Source of the DNA: a virus
Virus record (IMG/VR): IMGVR_UViG_3300048573_000442
DNA: 64,000 nt
Strand: one strand, 5' to 3'
Part shown: one piece after another, positions 1 to 8,557 of the stretch
Position numbering within the stretch: position 1 is the first letter of the stretch
Layout: the number at the start of each line of letters is the position of its first letter
Notes under the pieces: generated by a model
Told to the model about the DNA's origin: nothing
The model's input: only the letters and a program-made list of their open reading frames with translations
Database searches by the model: none
Translations under genes and position numbers: made by a program

Positions 1-274
1 ACTGAATAATGTAAACCGACTGCGTCTTAATTGTCAGGGTTTTTAAATTAGGGTACAAGAGCTTTACGCGTTCATAAATGCTGCGCTCTTCTACGATGTT
101 TAGCCATCGCTCGGGATAGGAGAAATATAGCGAAGTTGTTTTTTCATCAACTCGTTCATGATCAAATAAGTTCTCTAGATGAGTTTTGCCCATATGCAGT
201 TCATATTCGAGGCTCTCGCAGCGCATATGTGGGCGACGGTGGACATAGACTAAAATTTCAAAAGGGTAATTCAT
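1..274 (-). CDS. hypothetical protein, 3'-truncated by window edge
   Basis: ATG at 274 overlaps the TGA of 271..564 (ATGA); frame open to position 1: MNYPFEILVYVHRRPHMRCESLEY...PERWLNIVEERSIYERVKLLYPNLKTLTIKTQSVYIIQ. Confidence 0.6.
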   Translation of the reverse strand, partial: MNYPFEILVYVHRRPHMRCESLEYELHMGKTHLENLFDHERVDEKTTSLYFSYPERWLNIVEERSIYERVKLLYPNLKTLTIKTQSVYIIQ

Positions 275-564
275 TTTTTAAAGTAAAAAGCTAGTGTAAG
301 CCAAACAGTGTATGCTACGGCAATAGCAACATTAGTCCACATGCTAAACGTTTGCTTAAGCATGTGGAACATATAAATCCCCCAGTACCCCCAAAGAGTA
401 AAGAAGAAAATCATTCCAATGCTTACGCCCTTGAGCTGGCGGTCTTTTAGCAGCATGCGAATGTTATCAAGCAAGAAAATAACTGCTCCGATTTGGAACA
501 AAGAAGTGATAAGGTCGAGTGGCACAAAAATCTCCTGTTTTAACCGTCCAAGCAGATTGTACAC
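271..564 (-). CDS. small 3-TM membrane protein, PQ-loop/SemiSWEET-like
   Basis: 97 aa, three hydrophobic segments; LLKDRQLKGVSIGMIFFFTLWGYWGIY...WTN resembles the SemiSWEET/PQ-loop pattern; no PQ dipeptide. Confidence 0.45.
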   Translation of the reverse strand: MYNLLGRLKQEIFVPLDLITSLFQIGAVIFLLDNIRMLLKDRQLKGVSIGMIFFFTLWGYWGIYMFHMLKQTFSMWTNVAIAVAYTVWLTLAFYFKK

Positions 565-588
565 CGTAAACGGGAGATTTTGAAAATT

Positions 589-2580
589 TTAAACTAGACC
601 AAAGGGAACGGGTTCGCCTCCGAACTGGTCCCCGTCTAAAGATGTATCAAGGTCAGAGTCTGCAGCGACATTCTCATACACTAGTTTCTGCGCAATTTCG
701 CTTTCACCAGAAAGATATTTTAGCAGCTTAATAACAAGTAGGGTTGCTGAAATAGTGTCGTCTGTTGCTCCTTTTTTCGCAGCATAGGACCCACCAGCAG
801 CAATATAATTTTGAAGTTCAAAATGCAAAACATCAGAATTGATGATCAACCCGTTATTAATTCGCTCAATCAAGTTCTTCATTTGCATACACGCTAGCAG
901 TTTTGAAGAGCCCGTAGTATAGCACCCGAACTTTCCATTATTCTCATTATACAAATTGACGCCGTCAATATCAACGCCTTCTCCATCATCATTTTGCAAC
1001 ATTGCAACTAAAGCTTCGCCAATACCATTCCGTTCAAAAGTCCAAAGAACTTCTGCTGAATTACGATTGGCATCAGAAGCCCTAAGGTGTTTAAGAAGCC
1101 ATTTAATTTTGGCATAAATTAATGGGATATTAACAGTGTTTAAGCGAAGTTCGGCGACCTGTTCCAATGACGGAAACTCGAACACTTCTATAGCAGTGAA
1201 ATCGCTTCCTGTGCCAGTAGCAGGATCGACACCGACTAAGTACATTCGGTTGGGGCCTGAAACTTCTTTCCAAAATTTAAAGCCCATATTTTCAAATAGT
1301 GGCGGTTTTGTTTGTAAGGAATGAAGTTTGCGGGTATCTACTAGCAACGCATCTGAAGAAAGGAATTCGCAGTCTACTTCTTGGCGAACTTTAACTGGGC
1401 CCAATTTGCCTTTCATTTCGTCATAGTATTTTTGGTCACGTTCTGGATGTTCATGCCAAAGAGCTTTTACGGGGAAAAATGAATTTTGGCCAGAATTGGC
1501 ACCGCGCCATATAGTTGCAAATAGGTCACTATCTCCGTTGGGAGTACTAGTCAGAATAAATTTGCCACCTGTGGACAATGAAGGCGCAATAGAAGCCCAC
1601 ATTTCTTCTTGAATTCTTCGATTTAAGAAGGCAATTTCATCGATAAAAAGGCAGTTATGACTTATGACGGAATTAGTAATATAAGAATGGACATCTTCAA
1701 CCTGAACCAAATCATAGACCGTTTGGCTTTCGCAGTGTGGCAGTAGACTCAGAACTTTTAAATTCCGGTCAATAATATCGCCAGTCAATAATTCGCTAGC
1801 GGGCCTAAATTCACCGTTGGCAAATATCTTGTGATCTGGTGTGCAAATTAGATTAGACCTATCACTAAACTCCAGTTTCAAAGTTTTGGAGTTTTTAGTT
1901 TCTAGTAATCCGGTAAAGTCTTTAAATCCTGAACCAGTTAAAACCTGAAAGCCCGCTATTTCGTAAAATCCTTTTCGTGGAAGTTCTGATAAGTAGTCTA
2001 CAAGACTAAGGATACGTTCAATCGGAATAACTTGTATTTCACCAGTTTCTTTATTCCTAATGGTTATTTTTGTAGACCCGTCTACGCATGACGGCGAACC
2101 ACCTCGACCTGTCTTTTCGCTAGTTGCTTCAGATTTTATTTTTGATCCATTGTCAAATTCTATACTCGTCCTAGAATAATACCGACATCCCGGTTTCAAC
2201 CAAGCGGGCAATTCTTCATATGCGAATTTTATGCGTGACATAATCTCTGTTGCGTGGTTCATTGCTTTAGATGCAATAACTGCAAGTTTGTCATCTGCAA
2301 AGCATGTTAACCAAAGGATGTACATTGCGACGACAGTTGTTTTTCCCAATTGTCTGCTGGCAAGCACCACCGTGTCCTTTTTCTCATGTATGGCCGCTAA
2401 CATCCGTTTTTGGTATTCATACAGTTCCATTGGCAATATTCCCTTTGTAGGGTGCTGGACTTTTACGAACTTCTCGATGAAATACACCGGATCGCTTTTA
2501 CACCTTATGAGGTCTTGAATTGATTCTGGGGTATACTCAGTTTGAGCATACGCCTTTTTGATTGATAGATTGGTTGCCAT
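589..2580 (-). CDS. gp17: terminase large subunit (T4 gp17-like) with intein
   Basis: ASRQLGKTT Walker A, LFIDEIAF Walker B, TSTPNG coupling motif, GVDPATG nuclease motif. Confidence 0.95.
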   Translation of the reverse strand: MATNLSIKKAYAQTEYTPESIQDLIRCKSDPVYFIEKFVKVQHPTKGILPMELYEYQKRMLAAIHEKKDTVVLASRQLGKTTVVAMYILWLTCFADDKLAVIASKAMNHATEIMSRIKFAYEELPAWLKPGCRYYSRTSIEFDNGSKIKSEATSEKTGRGGSPSCVDGSTKITIRNKETGEIQVIPIERILSLVDYLSELPRKGFYEIAGFQVLTGSGFKDFTGLLETKNSKTLKLEFSDRSNLICTPDHKIFANGEFRPASELLTGDIIDRNLKVLSLLPHCESQTVYDLVQVEDVHSYITNSVISHNCLFIDEIAFLNRRIQEEMWASIAPSLSTGGKFILTSTPNGDSDLFATIWRGANSGQNSFFPVKALWHEHPERDQKYYDEMKGKLGPVKVRQEVDCEFLSSDALLVDTRKLHSLQTKPPLFENMGFKFWKEVSGPNRMYLVGVDPATGTGSDFTAIEVFEFPSLEQVAELRLNTVNIPLIYAKIKWLLKHLRASDANRNSAEVLWTFERNGIGEALVAMLQNDDGEGVDIDGVNLYNENNGKFGCYTTGSSKLLACMQMKNLIERINNGLIINSDVLHFELQNYIAAGGSYAAKKGATDDTISATLLVIKLLKYLSGESEIAQKLVYENVAADSDLDTSLDGDQFGGEPVPFGLV
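1654..2088 (-). mobile_element. mini-intein (145 aa) in terminase
   Basis: Begins CVDGSTKI; CTPDH block B; VYDLVQVEDVHSYITNSVISHN end followed by +1 Cys; inserted just before Walker B; too short to hold an endonuclease. Confidence 0.9.
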
Positions 2581-2608
2581 AATTTTCCATATTTAAAATA
2601 TAACAAAG

Positions 2609-2616
2609 TATTTATC
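2609..2616 (-). promoter_or_regulatory. T4-like late promoter (GATAAATA) for terminase
   Basis: NATAAATA about 30 nt upstream of the gp17 ATG; gp55 is encoded in the window. Confidence 0.6.
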
Positions 2617-2673
2617 AACTACCTAACAGCTAAAGGCTGTTAAGGTTGCTGTTAGGTTTTCTTGCTTATAATT

Positions 2674-2681
2674 TATAAATA
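2674..2681 (+). promoter_or_regulatory. T4 late promoter TATAAATA driving the LRR array
   Basis: Exact T4 late consensus 43 nt upstream of the first array ATG. Confidence 0.75.
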
Positions 2682-2723
2682 AGGAAATGCAATAATTTAC
2701 TGACGCTTGCCACGGGGAATAAA

Positions 2724-3368
2724 ATGAAATTAAAACAATTATTTGAATCTACATCTAAACAAGAAGTTGAAACAGTCTTAAACAGGTACGGGATTGAGAA
2801 CTACACCATCAATGATGACTTGTCCGTGGATGTCGATGGAGATGTTGATCTAAGTGAAAATAAGTTGAGTTCGATTCCTGTCAATTTTGGGAAGATCAGT
2901 GGAATTTTTGACTGCTCTAACAACCTGCTAACCTCTTTACAAGGAGCACCAAGAGAAATAGGCGGGTATTTCGGTTGCTCTGGTAACCAATTAGCCTCCT
3001 TACAAGGAGCACCAAGAGAAGTCGGTGGGGGCTTTAAATGCTCTGATAACAAATTAGCTTCTTTGCAGGGTGCGCCAAAAGAAGTAGGCGGGCATTTTTG
3101 GTGCTATCATAACCAATTAACCTCTTTGCAAGGCGGGCCAAGAGAAGTTAATGAGGGTTTTGATTGCTGTTATAACAAACTGACATCTTTACTGGGCGCG
3201 CCTAGGGTAGTAGGCTGGCATTTCAATTGCTTTAAAAACCGATTAACCTCTTTGCAAGGTGCACCTAGAGAAGTAGGCGGGGAGTTTAATTGCCGTTTTA
3301 ATCCAAAATTGACCTCACTTGACGGAATTGGCAATGTTGCCGGACAAATTAAAAGCGACCTATCATGA
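2724..3368 (+). CDS. LRR-like 21-aa repeat protein 1 (7 repeats)
   Basis: MKLKQLFES leader, NYTINDDLSVDVDGDVDL N-cap, xFxCxxN repeats, LDGIGNVAG C-cap. Confidence 0.9.
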   Translation: MKLKQLFESTSKQEVETVLNRYGIENYTINDDLSVDVDGDVDLSENKLSSIPVNFGKISGIFDCSNNLLTSLQGAPREIGGYFGCSGNQLASLQGAPREVGGGFKCSDNKLASLQGAPKEVGGHFWCYHNQLTSLQGGPREVNEGFDCCYNKLTSLLGAPRVVGWHFNCFKNRLTSLQGAPREVGGEFNCRFNPKLTSLDGIGNVAGQIKSDLS

Positions 3369-4018
3369 AATTAAAACAATTATTCGGATTCTCGTTTTCG
3401 ACCTCAAAAGAAAAAGTTGAAAACGTTCTTAAGAAATACAAAATCACAAACTATACAATCAATGACGATCTGTCTGTTGATGTGGATGAGGATATAGATT
3501 TTCGTGGTTCAAATTTAAAAAGATTTCCAATCAAATTTGGCAAAATAAAGGGAAATTTTAATTGTTCTAACACCCAGTTGGAAACGCTTAAAGATGGCCC
3601 GAATGAAGTCAGCGAAAACTTTTACTGTCACAATAACCAATTAGTATCTTTGGAAGGTGCGCCAAAAGAAGTGGGCGGGAGTTTTTGGTGCATGAAGAAC
3701 GAATTGATTTCTTTGAACGGTTCACCAAGGGAAGTAGGCGGGGATTTCAACTGCGACTTAAACCGACTAGCATCCTTACGGGGGGCCGCGCGTGAAGTGG
3801 GTGGCGCATTTGGCTGCGAGAGTAATGAACTGCAGACTTTGGAAGGATGCCCTCGCATTGTAGGCGGGGATTTTTATTGCTCTAAAAACAAATTAACATC
3901 TTTGCACGGCGCACCTAGAGAAATTGGCGGGGATTTTAATTGCCGTTTTAATCCAAATTTGACCTCACTTGACGGGATCGGCAATGTTGCCGGAGAAATT
4001 GAAAGCGATCTATCATGA
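3365..4018 (+). CDS. LRR-like repeat protein 2 (7 repeats, most divergent)
   Basis: Same caps and repeat; MKLKQLFG leader. Confidence 0.9.
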   Translation: MKLKQLFGFSFSTSKEKVENVLKKYKITNYTINDDLSVDVDEDIDFRGSNLKRFPIKFGKIKGNFNCSNTQLETLKDGPNEVSENFYCHNNQLVSLEGAPKEVGGSFWCMKNELISLNGSPREVGGDFNCDLNRLASLRGAAREVGGAFGCESNELQTLEGCPRIVGGDFYCSKNKLTSLHGAPREIGGDFNCRFNPNLTSLDGIGNVAGEIESDLS

Positions 4019-4788
4019 AATTAAAACAGCTGTTTGAATCAGTGTCTAAACAAGATGTGGAATCCATCTTAAAGAAATACGGGATTAAGAACTATACCAT
4101 CAATGATGACATGTCAGTCGATGTTGATGGGGACGTGAAGCTAAATAATAATCACTTAAGTTCGATTCCTGTTAATTTTGGGAAAGTAAGTGGGCATTTT
4201 TGGTGTCATAAAAACCAATTAACTTCTTTACAAGGTACACCTAAAGAAGTCGGTAAGGATTTTGATTGTTCTCACAACCAATTAACTTCTTTACAAGGTG
4301 CTCCTGGGGAAGTTGGTGGCGGCTGTTTTAATTGCCACAACAACAAATTGACCTCTTTACAAGGTGCACCTAGAGAAATTGGTGGAAGTTTTTGGTGCGC
4401 TGATAACAAATTAACTTCTTTACAAGGCGGGCCAAGAGAAGTCGATGGGAGTTTTTCGTGCGCTAGTAACCAATTGTCCTCTTTACAAGGCGCTCCAAGA
4501 GAAGTTGGTGGGCATTTTTATTGCTCTAAAAACAAATTGACCTCTTTACAAGGTGCTCCTAGAGAAGTTGATGGGCATTTTTATTGCTCTAACAACCAAT
4601 TAACTTCTTTGCAAGGTGCTTCAAGAGAAGTTGGCGGAGGGTTTTGGTGCCATAATAACCAATTAACTTCTCTACAAGGCGCACCTAAGGAAGTCGGTGG
4701 GGATTTTAATTGCTCTAACAATCCGAATTTGGCATCACTTGACGGAATCGGCAATGTTGCCGGGCACATTTTTAGCAATCTATCATGA
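4015..4788 (+). CDS. LRR-like repeat protein 3 (9 repeats)
   Basis: Same caps and repeat. Confidence 0.9.
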   Translation: MKLKQLFESVSKQDVESILKKYGIKNYTINDDMSVDVDGDVKLNNNHLSSIPVNFGKVSGHFWCHKNQLTSLQGTPKEVGKDFDCSHNQLTSLQGAPGEVGGGCFNCHNNKLTSLQGAPREIGGSFWCADNKLTSLQGGPREVDGSFSCASNQLSSLQGAPREVGGHFYCSKNKLTSLQGAPREVDGHFYCSNNQLTSLQGASREVGGGFWCHNNQLTSLQGAPKEVGGDFNCSNNPNLASLDGIGNVAGHIFSNLS

Positions 4789-5492
4789 AATTAAGGCAAT
4801 TATTCGAATCTACATCTAAGCAAGATGTAGAATCCATCTTAAACAAATATAAAATAGCAAACTACGCTATCAATGATGACTTATCAGTAGATGTCGATGG
4901 AGATGTGGATCTGAGTAATAAGAAGTTAAGTTCGATTCCTGTTAATTTTGGGAAAGTAAGCGGAATTTTTGACTGCTCTAACAACCTGCTAACCTCTTTA
5001 CAAGGCGCACCTAGGGAAGTTGGTGGTGATTTTAATTGCTCTTATAGCCAGTTAACTTCCTTACAGGGTGCTCCTACCATAGCCTATGGTAATTTTATTT
5101 GCTCTGCCAACCAATTAACATCTTTGGAAAGGGCACCTAGGGAAGTAGGTGGGGATTTTATTTGCTCTAATAACCGTTTGATTTCTTTAAAGGGTGCACC
5201 TAGAGAAGTTGGAGGGCATTTCAGTTGCGCGCGTGCCAAACTGACATCTTTAGAAGGTGCACCTAGAAAAGTAGGTGGGAATTTTTGGTGTGTTAGCAAC
5301 CAATTGCCCTCTTTACAAGGCGGGCCTAAAGAAGTTGGTGGGGATTTTAACTGTAATAGTAACAAATTGACCTCTTTACAAGGCGCACCAAGAGAAGTTG
5401 GTGGGAGTTTTTGGTGCCGCAACAATCCGAATTTGACCTCACTTAACGGAATCAGTAATGTTGGCGGAGACGTTTTTAGCGACATAAAATGA
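4785..5492 (+). CDS. LRR-like repeat protein 4 (8 repeats)
   Basis: Same caps and repeat. Confidence 0.9.
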   Translation: MKLRQLFESTSKQDVESILNKYKIANYAINDDLSVDVDGDVDLSNKKLSSIPVNFGKVSGIFDCSNNLLTSLQGAPREVGGDFNCSYSQLTSLQGAPTIAYGNFICSANQLTSLERAPREVGGDFICSNNRLISLKGAPREVGGHFSCARAKLTSLEGAPRKVGGNFWCVSNQLPSLQGGPKEVGGDFNCNSNKLTSLQGAPREVGGSFWCRNNPNLTSLNGISNVGGDVFSDIK

Positions 5493-6265
5493 AATTAAAA
5501 CAATTATTTGAATCAGTTGCAGTCCCTAAACAAAAAGTTGAATCCATCCTTAAAAAATACAGGATCGAGAATTACGCCATTAATGATGACTTGTCAGTAG
5601 ATGTCGATGGAGATGTGGATCTAAGCTACAAGAAGTTAAGTTCGATTCCTGTCAATTTTGGGAAGGTTAGTGGCAGTTTTTATTGCTCTGACAACAAATT
5701 GACTTCTTTAGAAGGTGCACCGAGAGAAGTCAGTGGGGATTTTGATTGCACTCATAACCAATTAACTTCTTTACAAGGTTCACCTAGAGAAGTAGGCGGG
5801 CATTTTTACTGCTATCATAACCAATTAACTTCTTTACAGGGTTCACCTAGGGAAGTCAGCGGACATTTTTGGTGCTATAGCAACCAATTAACCTCTTTGC
5901 AAGAAGGTCCTAGAGAAGTCGGAGGGAATTTTAATTGCTCTGATAACGAATTGGTAACCATGCAAGGTTCACCTAGGGAAGTAGGCGGGCATTTTAACTG
6001 CTCTACCAACAAATTGACTTCTTTACAAGGTGCACCTAAAGAAGTAGGTGGGGATTTTAGGTGCTCTGGCAACCAATTAACATCTTTGGAAAGGGCGCCT
6101 AGAGAAGTTGGTAAGGATTTTATTTGCTCTGATAACAAATTAACTTCTTTACAAGGCGCACCTAGAGAAGTTGGTGGGCATTTTTTTTGCTACAACAACG
6201 TAAATTTAAAATCACTTGACGGAATCGGTAATGTAGCCGGAGAAATTGAAAGCGACCTATCATGA
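5489..6265 (+). CDS. LRR-like repeat protein 5 (9 repeats)
   Basis: Same caps and repeat. Confidence 0.9.
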   Translation: MKLKQLFESVAVPKQKVESILKKYRIENYAINDDLSVDVDGDVDLSYKKLSSIPVNFGKVSGSFYCSDNKLTSLEGAPREVSGDFDCTHNQLTSLQGSPREVGGHFYCYHNQLTSLQGSPREVSGHFWCYSNQLTSLQEGPREVGGNFNCSDNELVTMQGSPREVGGHFNCSTNKLTSLQGAPKEVGGDFRCSGNQLTSLERAPREVGKDFICSDNKLTSLQGAPREVGGHFFCYNNVNLKSLDGIGNVAGEIESDLS

Positions 6266-6969
6266 AATTAAAACAATTATTTGATTCAACTTCTAGACAA
6301 AAAGTTGAATCTATCCTGAAAAAATATAAAATAACGAACTACGTCATTAACGACGACTTGTCTGTAGATGTCGATGGGGATGTGGATTTGGATAGTAAAC
6401 GCCTAAGTTCGATTCCTGTTAATTTCGGAAAAGTTAGTGGGAGTTTTGATTGCTATAAAAACAAATTGACCTCTTTACAAGGTGTTCCGAGAGAAGTCGG
6501 TAAGGGTTTTGATTGTTCTCATAACCAATTAACATCTTTACAAGGTGCGCCTGGGGAAGTTGGTAGGGATTTTAACTGCTCTCATAACCAATTAACTTCT
6601 TTACAAGGTTCACCTAGGGAAGTCAACAGACATTTTTGGTGTTCTCACAACCAATTAACTTCTTTGCAAGGAGCACCTAGAGAAGTAGGTGAGCTTTTTA
6701 CTTGCGCTAATAACCAATTAACATCCTTACAAGGTGCACCTAGAGAAGTCGGTGGAGAGTTTTACTGCTATGGTAACAAATTGACCTCTTTGCAGGGTGC
6801 TCCTAGAGAAGTTGGCGGAGGGTTTTGGTGCAATAATAACGAATTGACCTCTTTGCAGGGTGCTCCTAGAGAAGTTGGTAAGGATTTTTGGTGTGGCAAA
6901 AATCCGAATTTGAAATCCCTTGACGGAATCGGCAATGTTGCCGGAGAAATTAAAAGCGACATAAAATGA
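6262..6969 (+). CDS. LRR-like repeat protein 6 (8 repeats)
   Basis: Same caps and repeat; MKLKQLFD leader. Confidence 0.9.
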   Translation: MKLKQLFDSTSRQKVESILKKYKITNYVINDDLSVDVDGDVDLDSKRLSSIPVNFGKVSGSFDCYKNKLTSLQGVPREVGKGFDCSHNQLTSLQGAPGEVGRDFNCSHNQLTSLQGSPREVNRHFWCSHNQLTSLQGAPREVGELFTCANNQLTSLQGAPREVGGEFYCYGNKLTSLQGAPREVGGGFWCNNNELTSLQGAPREVGKDFWCGKNPNLKSLDGIGNVAGEIKSDIK

Positions 6970-7622
6970 AATTAAAACAACTATTTGAATCAGTTGCAGC
7001 CCCTAAACAAGAAGTTGAATCTATCCTAAAGAAATATGGTATCGAAAACTACACCATAAATGATGACTTGTCAGTAGATGTCGATGGAGATGTGGATCTA
7101 AGTAATAAACACCTAAGTTCATTTCCAGTGAATTTCGGAAAAGTTAGCGGGAGTTTTGATTGCTCTGACAACAAATTGGCAACTTTAGAAGGCGCACCAA
7201 GAGAAGTCGGCGGGGATTTTATCTGCTCTTCCAACAAATTGGCCTCTCTAAAAGGAGCGCCTAGAGAAGTCAGCGAGATTTTTAATTGCTCTTATAACCA
7301 ATTAACTTCTTTGCAAGGAGCGCCTAGAGAAGTGGATATAGATTTCATTTGCTCTTATAACAAATTAGCTTCTCTAAACGGCTCGCCAAGGGAAGTCGGT
7401 GGGAGCTTTTATTGCTTTAAAAACCAATTAACATCGCTAAAAGGAGCTCCTTGGGAAGTCAGCGAGAATTTTGATTGCTCTGACAACAAATTGACGACTT
7501 TAGAAGGCGCACCTAGAGAAATAGGTGGAAATTTTTATTGTTATGATAACCCAGATTTAAAATCCCTTGATGGAATCGGTAACGACAGCGTTGCCGGAGA
7601 AATTGGAAGCGACATAAAATGA
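6966..7622 (+). CDS. LRR-like repeat protein 7 (7 repeats)
   Basis: Same caps and repeat. Confidence 0.9.
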   Translation: MKLKQLFESVAAPKQEVESILKKYGIENYTINDDLSVDVDGDVDLSNKHLSSFPVNFGKVSGSFDCSDNKLATLEGAPREVGGDFICSSNKLASLKGAPREVSEIFNCSYNQLTSLQGAPREVDIDFICSYNKLASLNGSPREVGGSFYCFKNQLTSLKGAPWEVSENFDCSDNKLTTLEGAPREIGGNFYCYDNPDLKSLDGIGNDSVAGEIGSDIK

Positions 7623-8515
7623 AATTAAAACAATTATTTGAATCAACTTCTGGACAAGAAGTTGAATCTATCCTAAAGAAATACGGTATCGAAAACTACA
7701 CCATAAATGATGACTTGTCAGTAGATGTCGATGGAGATGTGGAGTTAAATAATAATAGCTTAAGTTCAATTCCTGTCAATTTTGGGAAAGTTAGCGGCAG
7801 TTTTAATTGCCTTTTTAACAAACTGGCTTCTTTGCAAGGCGCACCAAGAGAAGTCGATGGAGATTTTATTTGCTCTCATAACCAATTAACTTCTTTACAA
7901 GGCGCGCCAAGAGAAGTCGGAGGGAATTTTTATTGCTATCACAACAAATTAACTTCTTTGCAAGGTGCTCCTGGGGAAGTTGGTGGAAATTTTTATTGCT
8001 ATCGCAACAAATTAACCTCTTTGCAAGGTGCATCTAGGGAAGTGGGTGGGAGTTTTGATTGCTCTGAAAACCAATTAACATCCTTACAAGGTGCACCGAG
8101 AGAAGTAGGCGGGGCTTTTAATTGCTCTGGCAACCAATTAACATCCCTACAAGGTGCACCTAGGGAAGTAGGTGGAAGTTTTTATTGTTATCACAACAAA
8201 TTAACTTCTTTACAAGGCGCATCTAGGGAAGTTGGTAGGGTTTTTGATTGCTCTTATAATGAATTAATGTCCTTACAAGGTGCACCTAGAGAAGTGGGTG
8301 GGAATTTTGTTTGCTCTCATAACCAATTAACTTCTTTGCAGGGTGCACCGAGAGAAGTTGGCGGGAGTTTTTATTGCGGTAGCAATCATTTGTCCTCTTT
8401 GCAAGGAGCTCCTAGGGAAGTTGGTGGAAATTTTTATTGCTCCAAAAATTCAAATTTGTCCTCACTTGACGGGATCGGCAATGTAGCCGGAGAAATTGAA
8501 AGCGACATTAAATGA
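7619..8515 (+). CDS. LRR-like repeat protein 8 (11 repeats)
   Basis: Same caps and repeat; 298 aa = 235 + 3x21. Confidence 0.9.
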   Translation: MKLKQLFESTSGQEVESILKKYGIENYTINDDLSVDVDGDVELNNNSLSSIPVNFGKVSGSFNCLFNKLASLQGAPREVDGDFICSHNQLTSLQGAPREVGGNFYCYHNKLTSLQGAPGEVGGNFYCYRNKLTSLQGASREVGGSFDCSENQLTSLQGAPREVGGAFNCSGNQLTSLQGAPREVGGSFYCYHNKLTSLQGASREVGRVFDCSYNELMSLQGAPREVGGNFVCSHNQLTSLQGAPREVGGSFYCGSNHLSSLQGAPREVGGNFYCSKNSNLSSLDGIGNVAGEIESDIK

Positions 8516-8548
8516 AATTAAAACTGTCAGTTGCAACCTCTAAACATG
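8512..8548 (+). pseudogene. remnant 5' end of a ninth LRR array unit
   Basis: ATGA overlap then ATGAAATTAAAAC-TG-TCAGTTGCAACCTCTAAACA, matching the unit 5/7 start (atgaaattaaaacaattatttgaatcagttgcagtccctaaaca) with a deletion; no repeats follow. Confidence 0.65.
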
Positions 8549-8557
8549 TTCAGCAAC

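Larger units (their letters stand above)
2724..8515 (+). repeat. tandem array of 8 paralogous genes built from a 63-bp/21-aa repeat
   Basis: Consensus VGGxFxCxxNQLTSLQGAPRE; 7,7,9,8,9,8,7,11 repeats per gene counted by eye (66 total); every junction is an ATGA stop/start overlap. Confidence 0.95.

Noticed and set aside
100-150. Apparent frameshift in the edge ORF starting at 274
   Set aside because: On recount the run is A6 and the frame stays open
2801-7237. Minus-strand ORFs with KSPPTSLGAPCKEVN repeats inside the LRR array (also + strand ORFs 27072..27380 and 29378..29674)
   Set aside because: Antisense shadows of the 63-bp repeat; no SD, promoter or independent signal
2724-8515. CRISPR array or diversity-generating retroelement explanation for the repeats
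   Set aside because: The repeats are in-frame coding units without spacers; no cas or reverse transcriptase gene in the window; variation is not limited to adenine positions and no invariant template copy is seen
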